A program made the position numbers and the translations under genes. Shown one piece after another: positions 40,056 through 49,601 of a stretch of 64,000 nt of DNA. The notes beneath the pieces were generated by a model. That model ran no database searches, was not told the DNA's origin, and saw only the letters and a list, made by a program, of their open reading frames with translations. Source of the DNA: Planctomycetota bacterium (GTDB lineage: Bacteria > Planctomycetota > UBA1135 > UBA2386). The stretch is taken from the NCBI GenBank assembly GCA_965223545.1, contig OZ245006.1, forward strand, positions 6,688,001 through 6,752,000. Reading direction: 5' to 3'. Within the stretch, counting starts at the first letter, position 1. Every line of letters starts with the position of its first letter.

Positions 40056-41912
40056 CTAGGAGCGCTGCCGCCGCGCCAGCTGCAGCAGGCTGGCCGGCAA
40101 CCGGTCGGCGGACGGCAGCACGCGGTAGCCGCCGCGGCCGAACAGCTGCGGCAAGTAGTCCACCGCGTTCTTCTGGATCGCGAGGGCGAAGCTGTCGATG
40201 CCGTCGCGGTGCGCCTCGCGGAGCGCTTGGCGCACGTCGGCGATGCCGTGACGCCCCTCGTAGCGGTCGTAGTCGGTGGGCTTGCCGTCGCTGACCAGGA
40301 GCAGCAGCTTGCGCCGCGCCGAGGCGCGGCGCAGCTGGGCTGTGGCGTGGCGCAGCGCCGGGCCGATCCGCGTGTAGCCGGTCGGGCGCAGGCCCAGCAG
40401 GGCGCGGCGCGCGTCCCGCCATGGGGTGTCGAAGTCCTTGACCTCGACGTAGTGACAGTCGCGGCGCGAGTTGCTGTAGAAGCCGGCGACGGCGATCGGC
40501 AGGTCGCGGTCGCCGGCGACTTCGCCCAGGATCAGCACCGCGTCCAGGGCGACGTCGAGCACGCGCCGGCCCTCGACCCACGCGTCGGTCGACAGGCTGC
40601 AGTCGACCAGCACCAGGGCGGCGACGTCGGGTGCCGGCTTGCCGCGGGCGACGTACAAGCGGTCGTCGAGCACCGCGGGATGGCCCTGCCGGGCGGCCTC
40701 CAGGGTGGCGAGCTGGTTGGTCAGGGCGTCGATGTCGATGTCCTCGCCGGCGCGTTGGCGCGGCACCGGTCGCCGCGAATCGGCCGCCGCCAGCAGCTGG
40801 TCGCGCAGCCGGCGGATCTGCGCCGCGTAGCGGTGCCGCACGGTGGCCTGGCGCTGGCGCACGGTCTCCGGGCTCGCCAGCGGATCCGGTGGATGCGCGC
40901 GCAGTGCGCACCAGCTGCGGCGATAGCGCCGCCGGGTCGCGTCCCACTCGTCGTAGTGGATCGCACCGCAGTCGGTCTGCTCCTCTAAGAGGTCCACCGG
41001 CTCGCCGGCGTTCTGCAGGTCGGCTTGGTAGATGGAACTGGTGGCCTCGGCAGTGCGCACGACGTGGCGCAGCTCGAGTTCGTCGAGGGCTTCACAGTGC
41101 TCGTCGAGCTCGTCGCTGCCGTCGGCGCGTCGCTTGCCTCCGCTGTACTCCTCGGCGGTGAACAGCTTCTCGAACACGTGCATCAGCGGGTTGTCGCCGT
41201 CCTCGGGAGTCGACACGGTGGTGGTGGTCACCGTCTCGCGCGGTTTGCCGCGGCGCTCGGTGCCGCGCGGCAGCGCGGAGCCATCGACGCTGGTGATGTC
41301 GGGCACGGCGGCGGTGGGGGCGTCCGTTGCCGCCGGCGACCAGCGGCCCCAGAGCAGGTGGTGTTGCGGTGTGCGCGGGGCGTCGCGTCGGGCGCGCGGG
41401 GGCGCGTCGTCCGGTCGCGCGTCGGGTGCGCGCAGCAGCCGATCGGCCCACCGGTCGAGGTCGCTCGCGCCCGGCGGGGGCGGTGGGATCGCCGCGGCCA
41501 ACCGCGCGCGCAAGCGGATGCTCCCCGGCCATTCGGCGTCGAGTCGTGGCAGCGTGCGCTCGACCGCGATCAGCATCGCCAACTCCGGGTCGTCGCCCGT
41601 GCGCTGGCCGTGGGCGTACACCGCCGCGCCGGCGATCGTCCGCAGTCGGTAGAGGTCGAGGTTGCGCTCGGCAGAGTCGAACAACTCGATCACCGCCGGC
41701 AAGTGCAGCGTCGCGCCGCGCAGCCCGCCGGCGCCCTCGGCGACGCGCACGTCGAGCGGCGCCCCGGCGACGAGCTGCGCCAGCAGCCGCAGTCTTTGCG
41801 TCAGCTCCTCGAGCTTCGCCGCCGCAGCTTGGTGGGCCGCCGGGGCTCCGGGGTGCAGCCAGCGGCGGACCGCGCGGTGGGCGGCGCCGAACAGTCTCTC
41901 GCCGACGCTCAC
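40056..41912 (-). CDS. norD: Nitric oxide reductase activation protein NorD (VWA)
   Basis: YDEWD, MIDAS DCSLST, YTRIGPALRHA, SDGKPTD...YEGRHG. Confidence 0.9.
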   Translation of the reverse strand: MSVGERLFGAAHRAVRRWLHPGAPAAHQAAAAKLEELTQRLRLLAQLVAGAPLDVRVAEGAGGLRGATLHLPAVIELFDSAERNLDLYRLRTIAGAAVYAHGQRTGDDPELAMLIAVERTLPRLDAEWPGSIRLRARLAAAIPPPPPGASDLDRWADRLLRAPDARPDDAPPRARRDAPRTPQHHLLWGRWSPAATDAPTAAVPDITSVDGSALPRGTERRGKPRETVTTTTVSTPEDGDNPLMHVFEKLFTAEEYSGGKRRADGSDELDEHCEALDELELRHVVRTAEATSSIYQADLQNAGEPVDLLEEQTDCGAIHYDEWDATRRRYRRSWCALRAHPPDPLASPETVRQRQATVRHRYAAQIRRLRDQLLAAADSRRPVPRQRAGEDIDIDALTNQLATLEAARQGHPAVLDDRLYVARGKPAPDVAALVLVDCSLSTDAWVEGRRVLDVALDAVLILGEVAGDRDLPIAVAGFYSNSRRDCHYVEVKDFDTPWRDARRALLGLRPTGYTRIGPALRHATAQLRRASARRKLLLLVSDGKPTDYDRYEGRHGIADVRQALREAHRDGIDSFALAIQKNAVDYLPQLFGRGGYRVLPSADRLPASLLQLARRQRS

Positions 41913-41919
41913 CGCCGCC

Positions 41920-42714
41920 TCAGAAGGCCAGCGCGACCGCGTCGCGGAGCGCGTCCAAGACCTCGGCGTCGTCGGAGAGCGGATGCGCGATCGCGGCCTC
42001 GCACGCCGCCCGCGGCGCGATCCCCGCGCCGATCAGCCGGCCGGCGTGCACCAACAGCCGGGTGGACACCGTCTCCGCCAGCCCGAGCTCGGAGAGGTCG
42101 CGCACCTTGGCCGCGAACGCGACCAGCCGGCGCGCGGTCGCGGCGTCGACGCCCGATTCACGGGCGACGATCTCGGCTTCGACCGCTGCCTTGGGGTAGC
42201 CGAACTCGATGCCGACGAAGCGCTGCCGCGTCGACGGCTTCATCTCCTTGAGCGCGCTCTGGTAGCCGGGGTTGTAGGACATGACCAACAAGAAGCCCTC
42301 GGCGGCCGGCAGCGCCAGGTCGCGCCGGTCGAGGTAGAGCGTGCGCCGGTGGTCGGCGAGGGGGTGGAGTACGACGATGACGTCGTCGCGCGCCTCGGCG
42401 ACCTCGTCGAGGTAGAGGATCGCGCCGCGGCGCACCGCCCGGGTCAGCGGGCCGTCTTGCCAGACGGTCTCGCCGGCCTCGACCAGGTAGCGGCCGAGCA
42501 GGTCGACCGCCGAGGTCTCCTCGTTGCACGCGACGGTGACCAGCGGCCGCTCGAGCGCGGCCGCCATCGCCTCGACGAAGCGCGACTTGCCGCAGCCGGT
42601 CGGCCCCTTGAGCAGCACCGGCAACTTGGCGCGATGCGCGGCGCGAAACAGCGCGCACTCGTCGCCGGTGGCGCGGTAGTAGGGCGCCTCGGGCGTGCGC
42701 ACCGCGTCGTTCAC
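41920..42714 (-). CDS. norQ: CbbQ/NirQ/NorQ AAA+ ATPase
   Basis: LKGPTGCGKSRF, WQDGPLT, YLDEV, SYNPGYQ, MKPSTRQRF. Confidence 0.93.
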   Translation of the reverse strand: MNDAVRTPEAPYYRATGDECALFRAAHRAKLPVLLKGPTGCGKSRFVEAMAAALERPLVTVACNEETSAVDLLGRYLVEAGETVWQDGPLTRAVRRGAILYLDEVAEARDDVIVVLHPLADHRRTLYLDRRDLALPAAEGFLLVMSYNPGYQSALKEMKPSTRQRFVGIEFGYPKAAVEAEIVARESGVDAATARRLVAFAAKVRDLSELGLAETVSTRLLVHAGRLIGAGIAPRAACEAAIAHPLSDDAEVLDALRDAVALAF

Positions 42715-44102
42715 GCCGGGCTCCCCGGTGCCGTGACCGCAGCGGCGCCTTCTTCTTCCGCCGTCGCCGCCTCGTCCGCGACCACGGCGCCGACCGGCTT
42801 GCCGTAGCGGATGAAGGTCCACATGTAGGCGCCGATGCCGACGGTGAACAGCGCGGCCGCCAGCAGCACGCCGATGAAGTGCACCTCGAGCTCCTCCTGC
42901 ACGGTGAGGAAGTCGAGGCCGACCTTGCGCTCGAGATAGACCTGACTGACGCCGGCAACGGCAAACGCCACCGTCATCCCGAGCATGCCGACGTTGCTGA
43001 CCCAGAAGGCGAACGCCGAGGCGGGCGTGTCGTACAGCTTGCGGCCGGTGAGCTGCGGCATCGCGTAGCTGATGATGGCCAGCACCAGCATGGCGTACGC
43101 ACCCCAGAACGCCATGTGGCCGTGCATCGCGGTGACCAAGGTGCCGTGCGTGTACAGGTTGACCTGCGGCAGCGTGTGGGCGAAGCCCAAGAAGCCCGCG
43201 CCGACGAACGACATGATCGAGCAGCCCAGCGTCCACGCCAGCGCGTTGCGGTTGGGGTGGTTGCGGCCGCCGCGGCGGGTCATCGCCAGCGCGTAGATCG
43301 CCATGCCGAGGAAGGCCAGCGGTTCGAGCGCGCTGAACAGTCCGCCGATCCAGAGCCAGTAGCGCGGCGTGCCGATGTAGTAGTAGTGGTGGCCGGTGCC
43401 GAGGATGCCGGACAGGAAGGTGACGCCGACGATCACGTAGAGCCACTTCTCGATCAGCTCGCGGTCGACGCCGGTGAGCTTGATCAGCAGGTAGGCGAGG
43501 ATGCCGCCCATGATCAGCTCCCACACGCCCTCGACCCACAAGTGCACGACCCACCAGCGCCAGTACGAGTCCAGCGTCTGGTGATCGGTCGGGATCATGC
43601 CGGGCAGGTAGAGCAGCGCTGCCATCAGCAAGCCGAAGTACAGCACGCAGCTGGTGGTGGTGATGCGCCGGCCTTTGAGGATCGTGGCGCCGATGTTGAC
43701 GATGAACATCAGCACGTTGACCACCACGAGGAAGTCGAGTGGCCGCGGGATCTCCAAGAACTTGCGGCCTTCCCACCAGTGGAAGTGGAAACCGACGATG
43801 GCGACCACGCCGACGACGATCAGGCTGATCAGCTGCAGCCACGCCAGCCTGGGCCACAGAATGTCGCGCTCGACCTCGTCGGGGATGATGTAGTGCGCCG
43901 CGCCCATGAAGCCGCACAGCAGCCACACGACCAAGAGGTTGGTGTGCGTCGCGCGCGCGACGTGGAACGGGATGAAGTCGTGCAGCGGGTCGTAGCCCGC
44001 GTGCGCGAACGCCATGATGAAGCCGTAGACGATCTGCAGGCCGAACAGCAGCATGCAGGTGGCGAAGAACCAGTAGGCGATTCGTTGTGATTCGTAGCGC
44101 AT
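42711..44102 (-). CDS. norB: Cytochrome c-dependent nitric oxide reductase large subunit
   Basis: HTN, WWVVHLWVEGVWE, GTGHHY, HT...HGHMAF; multi-TM. Confidence 0.95.
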   Translation of the reverse strand: MRYESQRIAYWFFATCMLLFGLQIVYGFIMAFAHAGYDPLHDFIPFHVARATHTNLLVVWLLCGFMGAAHYIIPDEVERDILWPRLAWLQLISLIVVGVVAIVGFHFHWWEGRKFLEIPRPLDFLVVVNVLMFIVNIGATILKGRRITTTSCVLYFGLLMAALLYLPGMIPTDHQTLDSYWRWWVVHLWVEGVWELIMGGILAYLLIKLTGVDRELIEKWLYVIVGVTFLSGILGTGHHYYYIGTPRYWLWIGGLFSALEPLAFLGMAIYALAMTRRGGRNHPNRNALAWTLGCSIMSFVGAGFLGFAHTLPQVNLYTHGTLVTAMHGHMAFWGAYAMLVLAIISYAMPQLTGRKLYDTPASAFAFWVSNVGMLGMTVAFAVAGVSQVYLERKVGLDFLTVQEELEVHFIGVLLAAALFTVGIGAYMWTFIRYGKPVGAVVADEAATAEEEGAAAVTAPGSPA

Positions 44103-44105
44103 CGC

Positions 44106-44813
44106 TCAGGCTCCCTTGAGCTGCGAGAGGAAGGCCACCAGCTCGGTGATGTCGGCTTCACTGAGCGGCAGCTTCGGCATCTTGCTGTCGGCCTTGATCG
44201 CGAGTGGGTCGCGCAGCCACTTGGTGATGAACTCGGTGGTCAGCCGGCCGCCGACGCCGTCGAGGGCCGGCCCGATGGCGCCGCCCTGCCCGTTGAGCGC
44301 GTGGCAGGCGATGCACATCTGGTTGAAGATGCGGGGACGATCGCTGGCCGCGGCAACCAGGGATTGGTCACCGGTGGCGGCGGGCACGGCGGTTTGGATC
44401 AGGTCGGGCTCGGCGGGGAAGCCGTTGAGGTCCATCTCGCCGATCCACTGCAGGAACGCGACCATGTCGTCGAGCTGGCCCTCGTCGAAGTCGTACTTCT
44501 GCATGCGCCGCCGGCCCGGGTACATCGCCTCCGGGTCGGTCAGCATGGCCCGGATGAACGCCTCGCCGCGGCGCTCGTAGACCTTGGTCAGCTCCGGCGC
44601 GTAGTACGCGCCCTCGCCGAGCAGCGTGTGGCAACCCATGCAGTTGCTGGTATCCCAGAGGTGCTTGCCGCGGACCACGGCGGGAGTCATGCGCTCTTGG
44701 TTGGTCTGCTCGGGAATCTGCGCCAGCGTGTCGACCGTCAGCAGGCCGAACGCGGCAAAGCAGACCCCGGTGCCGAGCACGAAGAACGTGCGCGCGCCCT
44801 TCTTGGATAACAC
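44106..44813 (-). CDS. norC: Nitric oxide reductase cytochrome c subunit with second heme domain
   Basis: N-terminal TM, CMGCHTLLGEGAYYAPEL, RRRM, plus C-terminal CIACH...KMP. Confidence 0.9.
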   Translation of the reverse strand: MLSKKGARTFFVLGTGVCFAAFGLLTVDTLAQIPEQTNQERMTPAVVRGKHLWDTSNCMGCHTLLGEGAYYAPELTKVYERRGEAFIRAMLTDPEAMYPGRRRMQKYDFDEGQLDDMVAFLQWIGEMDLNGFPAEPDLIQTAVPAATGDQSLVAAASDRPRIFNQMCIACHALNGQGGAIGPALDGVGGRLTTEFITKWLRDPLAIKADSKMPKLPLSEADITELVAFLSQLKGA

Positions 44814-44841
44814 GAGAGGCTCCTGAGCTGAGGGTTGGAAG

Positions 44842-45444
44842 TCAGGGCGAGCGCAGGGCCGCGATCGCCTCGAGAGTGGGTTGTCGGTCCGCGTTGAGAC
44901 CCTTCTGCTGGTGGACGACGACGCCGTTGCCGTCGAGCACGGTGATGATGTTGGAGTGGGAGTAGTCGCCCTCTGGCGTGCGCTGGTAGTGCACGCCCAG
45001 CACCGCGGCGAGTTCGCGCACCGCCTCCGGGCCGCCGTGCAGCAGCGTCCAGGACGGATCGAGCTCTTGCTCCGCGGCCCAGCTGGCCAGGCGTTCGGGC
45101 GTGTCGCGGAAGTGGTCGAAGCTGACCAGCACGACGCCGACGTCCGGATAGCGCTCGCCCTTCAGGTCGGCGCTCAGGCTCTGCACGTCGGCGATCGTCC
45201 GCGGGCAGGCGAACGGGCAGTGGGTGAAGATCATGGCCAGCAGCAGCGGCCGGCCGCGCAGCTCGGCCAGCGTGCGTTCGCGGTCGTCCTGGTCGCGCCA
45301 GGTGCTGTCCAGCTGCCAAACCGAGGTCCCGGGCAGCGGTCCGGCGGTGGTGCTGGGATCGCGGTCGCTCGGCGCGCGCTCTGCGCAAGCGCAGAGTGCG
45401 AGCGCCAACGCCGCGGAGCGCAGGTACGCCCGATGCCGCGTCAT
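44842..45444 (-). CDS. SCO1/SenC copper chaperone lipoprotein
   Basis: Lipobox LCAC, FTHCPFACP (CxxxC), YSHS. Confidence 0.92.
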   Translation of the reverse strand: MTRHRAYLRSAALALALCACAERAPSDRDPSTTAGPLPGTSVWQLDSTWRDQDDRERTLAELRGRPLLLAMIFTHCPFACPRTIADVQSLSADLKGERYPDVGVVLVSFDHFRDTPERLASWAAEQELDPSWTLLHGGPEAVRELAAVLGVHYQRTPEGDYSHSNIITVLDGNGVVVHQQKGLNADRQPTLEAIAALRSP

Positions 45445-46355
45445 GGCCGCTCGCCTCCGGCGTCACTGGCGCAGCGAAAGCCGAGACCGCCGCCGACGTA
45501 GCTCGCGCGCAGGCTGCTGCGGAACGCGAACCGCATGAACGCGGCGTAGTCGGACGGGTCGGCGGCGCCGAGTGCGCCGCTGCCGCAGAACAGGTTGCGC
45601 TCGAGGGCGGTGTCGCCGCGCGACTCGCCGGTCACCAGGGCGTTGTTGAAGTCCGACAGCCACTCCCAGATCAGTCCGTGCAGGTCGTAGACGCCGTGCA
45701 CGTTGGCGAGCGTCGACCGCACCGGCCCCGGTGCGCGGGCGGGCTTGGAGTACCACTCGAGGATGGCTGCGTTGAACTTCGGATCGGAGCGGCCATCCAC
45801 GGCATCGGCGCTGGCTGCGGCGACGGTCTCCCACTCGGCGGTGGTCGGCAGCCGGCGCCCCACCCAGTCGGCGTAGGCGCGCGCCGCGAACCACGAGACC
45901 CGCGTCACCGGGCTGTCGGGCGTCGCGGCGCCGAGGTCGAGGTCGGAGGCCCAGTGGGCGAGGTAGCCGGTGTCGGCGAACAGCGGTGGAACTCGGGAGC
46001 GCCGCCAGCGCGGTACCGCGCCGACGAACGCCAGGAACTGGGCGTTGGTGACGGCGTGCTCCTCGATGGCGAAAGCCGCTACCGCGACGGGTGGCTGCCC
46101 TTCGCCCCCGAAGAGCGGCCGGTAGCTGGCTGCGGCGATGTTGCGCAGCGCGGACGCCACCGATGCCGGATCGACTGTGACCGGCGCCGGCGCCGGCGCT
46201 GGCTCCGGCATCCTACCCGCACCGGCCGAGTGCTCGCCGCCGTCGCAGGCGAGGGCCAGCAGCGCGGCCAGGCCGACCCAGGAGTTGTCGCGGGAAGTGC
46301 ACATCGTCGGCTCTCGGCCCAGCGGGAAGGGGAGTGGTTGACGGCGGCGTGTCAC
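45441..46355 (-). CDS. Formylglycine-generating-enzyme-fold protein (NirV-like)
   Basis: [38 protein letters not shown]. Start either GTG 46355 (overlapping the nirK stop) or ATG 46304. Confidence 0.85.
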   Translation of the reverse strand: MTRRRQPLPFPLGREPTMCTSRDNSWVGLAALLALACDGGEHSAGAGRMPEPAPAPAPVTVDPASVASALRNIAAASYRPLFGGEGQPPVAVAAFAIEEHAVTNAQFLAFVGAVPRWRRSRVPPLFADTGYLAHWASDLDLGAATPDSPVTRVSWFAARAYADWVGRRLPTTAEWETVAAASADAVDGRSDPKFNAAILEWYSKPARAPGPVRSTLANVHGVYDLHGLIWEWLSDFNNALVTGESRGDTALERNLFCGSGALGAADPSDYAAFMRFAFRSSLRASYVGGGLGFRCASDAGGERP

Positions 46356-47794
46356 CGCACCGCGGCGACCTCTTGTGGAGTGACTTCTTCGCCCTCGTTC
46401 CCCCAGGTGTTGCGCACGTACGTCAGCACGTTCGCCACCTGCTCGTCGGTGAGGTTGACCGCCGGCATGACGCCGTTGAACTCGGTGCCGTTGACCGTGA
46501 TCTTGCCCTGCAGCCCGTGCACGATGGCGCGGATCGAGCGCTCCTTGTCGGCCATCAGGTAGTCGGACTCGGCGAGCGGCGGAAACGCGCCGGGGATGCC
46601 CTTGCCGTTGGGCTGGTGGCAGGCGGCGCAGATCTGCGCGTAGAGGCGTTCGCCAATCTCGATGCGCTCAGCCGTGTTGGCGGCAACCTGGGCCGGCGGT
46701 GCCTGGCCGGGCACCTGCTGGATCGCGCCGCCCTCGATCTGGTAGATGCGGTCGTCCTGCAGGCCGGAGTAGGTGACGGTGTCCTCCGGCCCGTCGACCT
46801 TGAGCATGCCGAGCGCGCCCTTGTTGAAGGTGCGGAAGATGGAGTGGTCGACGATGATGAAGGTGCCGGGCACCTCCACCTTGAACTCGACCATCGCCGA
46901 TCCGCCCGCCGGGACCAGAGTGGTCTGCACGTTCTCGTTGCCGACCGTGCCGCCCTCCTGATAGACGACGTCGAAGATCTCGCCGATGACGTGGAACGAC
47001 GACACCAGGTTGGGGCCGCCGTTGCCGACGAACAGGCGCACGCGTTCGCCGACGCTGGCGGTGATGGCGTTGTCGCCGGCCAGCGCGCCGACCGCGCCGT
47101 TGAACAGCACGTAGTCCGGGTTCTCCTCCAGCGCCTTCTCCATGTCGAACGGCTGTAGGCCGGCCTCGCCGTAGGCACCCTTGGTGTAGAAGTCGCCCTG
47201 CATCACGTAGTACTCGCGGTCGACCTCGGGCAGCCCCTCGAGCGGCTCGACGAGGATCAGGCCATACATGCCGTTGGCGATGTGCATGCCGACCGGCGCG
47301 GTGGCGCAGTGGTAGACGTAGAGGCCCGGGTTGAGGACGCGGAACGAGAACTGCGAGGTATGGCCCGGTGCGGTGAACGACGACGCCGCGCCGCCGCCCG
47401 GTCCGGTGACCGCGTGCAGGTCGATGTTGTGCGGCATCCGGTTGTCCGGGTGGTTGTTCAGATGGAACTCCACCAGGTCACCGACGCGCGTGCGGATGAA
47501 GCTGCCCGGCACCGTGCCGCCAAAGGTCCAGAACGTGTAGTCGACGCCGTCGGCGATCGGGGCGACGTGCTCGAGCACCTCCAAGCGCACGATGACCTTG
47601 GTGGCGTGGTCGCGCTCGATCGGCGGTGGCACGCTCGGTGGCGCAGTGAGAATCGCGGTCTCCTCGCCGACGATCGGCATCGCGGCGATGTCGACGGCTG
47701 CGGTTGCGGTGGAGCGCGTCGCGGAATCGTTGCAGGCGACGAGCAGACCCAAGCAGGTCAGGGAAGCGAGGTGCGGCGTGCGAGCGAGGCGCAT
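46352..47794 (-). CDS. nirK: Copper nitrite reductase lipoprotein with C-terminal cytochrome c
   Basis: Lipobox [35 protein letters not shown]-terminal CAACH...MP. Confidence 0.95.
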   Translation of the reverse strand: MRLARTPHLASLTCLGLLVACNDSATRSTATAAVDIAAMPIVGEETAILTAPPSVPPPIERDHATKVIVRLEVLEHVAPIADGVDYTFWTFGGTVPGSFIRTRVGDLVEFHLNNHPDNRMPHNIDLHAVTGPGGGAASSFTAPGHTSQFSFRVLNPGLYVYHCATAPVGMHIANGMYGLILVEPLEGLPEVDREYYVMQGDFYTKGAYGEAGLQPFDMEKALEENPDYVLFNGAVGALAGDNAITASVGERVRLFVGNGGPNLVSSFHVIGEIFDVVYQEGGTVGNENVQTTLVPAGGSAMVEFKVEVPGTFIIVDHSIFRTFNKGALGMLKVDGPEDTVTYSGLQDDRIYQIEGGAIQQVPGQAPPAQVAANTAERIEIGERLYAQICAACHQPNGKGIPGAFPPLAESDYLMADKERSIRAIVHGLQGKITVNGTEFNGVMPAVNLTDEQVANVLTYVRNTWGNEGEEVTPQEVAAVR

Positions 47795-47814
47795 GGAGGT
47801 CCTCCTGGACCCAT

Positions 47815-47836
47815 CAACGGACAAGAAAGTCGTTTG
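47815..47836. promoter_or_regulatory. Imperfect palindrome, candidate Rrf2 operator
   Basis: CAA-cg-GAC-aagaaa-GTC-gt-TTG, 20 nt upstream of nirK in the divergent spacer. Confidence 0.4.
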
Positions 47837-47936
47837 AGAACCCAACCTCCGGCGCGGCCGCTTCTTTCGCCGATTCGGGTTCTCTGCCCGCGGCTTGAAA
47901 GTCGCCCACCCGCGCGGTGTTCTCGCCGGCAAGACC

Positions 47937-48350
47937 GTGATTCTCTCGCACACCGCCGTGTACGCGCTGCGCGCGATGTCGGTGCTGGCCGAGGCCGAGG
48001 CCGGCGCCGTGCTGCGCGCGGAGGAGGTCGCCCAGCAGGCTGACATCCCCGCGCACTACGTCGCCAAGGTGATGCGCAAGATGGTGGTCGCCGGCCTGGT
48101 GCAGAGCCGCAAAGGACACGGTGGTGGGTTCGCGCTGGCGCGGGCGGCGGGGGGGATCAAGTTCCGCGAGATCTTGGCCGCTGTCGATGTGGTGATCGAG
48201 ACCGATCGCTGCGCGTTCAGCTATCGCCGCTGCAACCCGAAGAAGCCGTGTCCGCTGCACTCGACCTGGTCGCGGCTGCACGAGCAGCTGGCGGATTGGG
48301 CCGAGGGGTCGACGCTGGCCTCGGTGCGCGCCGGTTCCCGGCGCACCTGA
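47937..48350 (+). CDS. Rrf2 family transcriptional regulator with three Cys
   Basis: [19 protein letters not shown]-x6-C-x5-CPLH. Confidence 0.92.
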   Translation: MILSHTAVYALRAMSVLAEAEAGAVLRAEEVAQQADIPAHYVAKVMRKMVVAGLVQSRKGHGGGFALARAAGGIKFREILAAVDVVIETDRCAFSYRRCNPKKPCPLHSTWSRLHEQLADWAEGSTLASVRAGSRRT

Positions 48351-48378
48351 CGAGCGAGACGAGGCCCGTGCCCCGACT

Positions 48379-49539
48379 TCAGCCGCGCGGGGTCAGGTGC
48401 ACGCGTAGGACGCCGATGCCCCACATCACGCTCGCCAGCAGAAAGCAGCCGGTGGCCGTGCCCATCCACACGCGCATCCGCGGCGCGTCGAGGTCCTGTA
48501 GCGCGCGCGCTACCGTCGCGGCCACCAGCAGCGCGCCGAGCGCGCGGACGTAGACGGGTGAGGCCCGGGCGAGATCCTGGCGCCCGCCGTGCGCGCAGGT
48601 GACGTGCAGGCCGATGGCGAGCGCCATCATGCCGAAGCCGGCGATGAACACGACGTGCAGCCCGACCGTTTGCCGGGGCAGGCTTGCGGCCAGCGCGTAG
48701 CCGAGCGGAATCGCCCACGCCGACAGCCACACCAGCCAGCGGTGCGCGCCTGGCAGCGTCGGACGGCGGTGCAGATCTGCGGCGCGGAGCAGCACGGCCA
48801 GGGTGAGCGGCGCCCGCAGGCCGGCGCCGAGTCTGGGGTGGCCCAGGGCCTCGATGGCGAACGTGCTCGCCAGGGCGATGGCGGCGGCCAAGTGCAGAGC
48901 GCGCGCGCGTCTGGCGATGGGGCTCGGGCTCGCGTCGGGCGGGGACTCGCCACGCGTGATCAACCGGATCACCATGCCGCCGACACCGACGACCAGGCCG
49001 ACGAACACGCCCTGCGTCACCAGCAGCTGGCCGAGGCGGTAGGCGGTGAACGAGTCGTGTGCGCGGCCATACGCCATCATCGTTCCGGCGCCGGCGAGGC
49101 CCAGCAGAAGCGCGCACGGAATCCAGACGAAGCTCGTCGGCGGGCGGCGGCTTGCCGCTGGCGAGCGGAAGCGGCGGATGGCGAACGCCAGCAGCGCGCC
49201 GACTGCGACCATCCACCCCGCCTGTGCGCCGAGGTGCCACTCGGCGGATGCCGCCGCCGCGGAGCCGACCGCGCCGCCCGCGCCGACCAGCAGCGGCAGT
49301 GCGCCGGGCGCCGCGGTGCCGGTGCGCCGCGGGATGGCGGTGAACAGAAAGCCCAGCGCAAAGCAGGTCATGAATCCCTGGATCTGCACGGTGCTGTGCA
49401 TCAGGGGGCGCCACGGGGCCGGCGCGGACACCGCGTAGCGCAGCCACGGCAGCACGCCGGCCCAGGCCAGGGCGACCCCCAGGGGAAACAGCCAGCGGTA
49501 GGGTTCGCGCCGCCAGGGCGGCGCGTCGTCCAGAGACAT
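48379..49539 (-). CDS. nnrS: NnrS family membrane protein
   Basis: EPYRWLFPLG, H...QGF...GFLFTAIP, LHVVFIAG, HGG; next to nir/nor genes. Confidence 0.85.
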   Translation of the reverse strand: MSLDDAPPWRREPYRWLFPLGVALAWAGVLPWLRYAVSAPAPWRPLMHSTVQIQGFMTCFALGFLFTAIPRRTGTAAPGALPLLVGAGGAVGSAAAASAEWHLGAQAGWMVAVGALLAFAIRRFRSPAASRRPPTSFVWIPCALLLGLAGAGTMMAYGRAHDSFTAYRLGQLLVTQGVFVGLVVGVGGMVIRLITRGESPPDASPSPIARRARALHLAAAIALASTFAIEALGHPRLGAGLRAPLTLAVLLRAADLHRRPTLPGAHRWLVWLSAWAIPLGYALAASLPRQTVGLHVVFIAGFGMMALAIGLHVTCAHGGRQDLARASPVYVRALGALLVAATVARALQDLDAPRMRVWMGTATGCFLLASVMWGIGVLRVHLTPRG

Positions 49540-49601
49540 CTCTGCGACACTACTCGCGGGGCGGCACTCGGCCCACCGGGTTTTGGCTACGCTGGCGCGT
49601 G

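Noticed and set aside
41920..43926. Track ORFs suggesting long fusions or N-extensions (NorQ 668 aa, FolP 679 aa, M48 521 aa, ECF 618 aa)
   Set aside because: The extensions overlap upstream genes in another frame; plausible starts lie at stop/start overlaps or nearby ATG/GTG codons.
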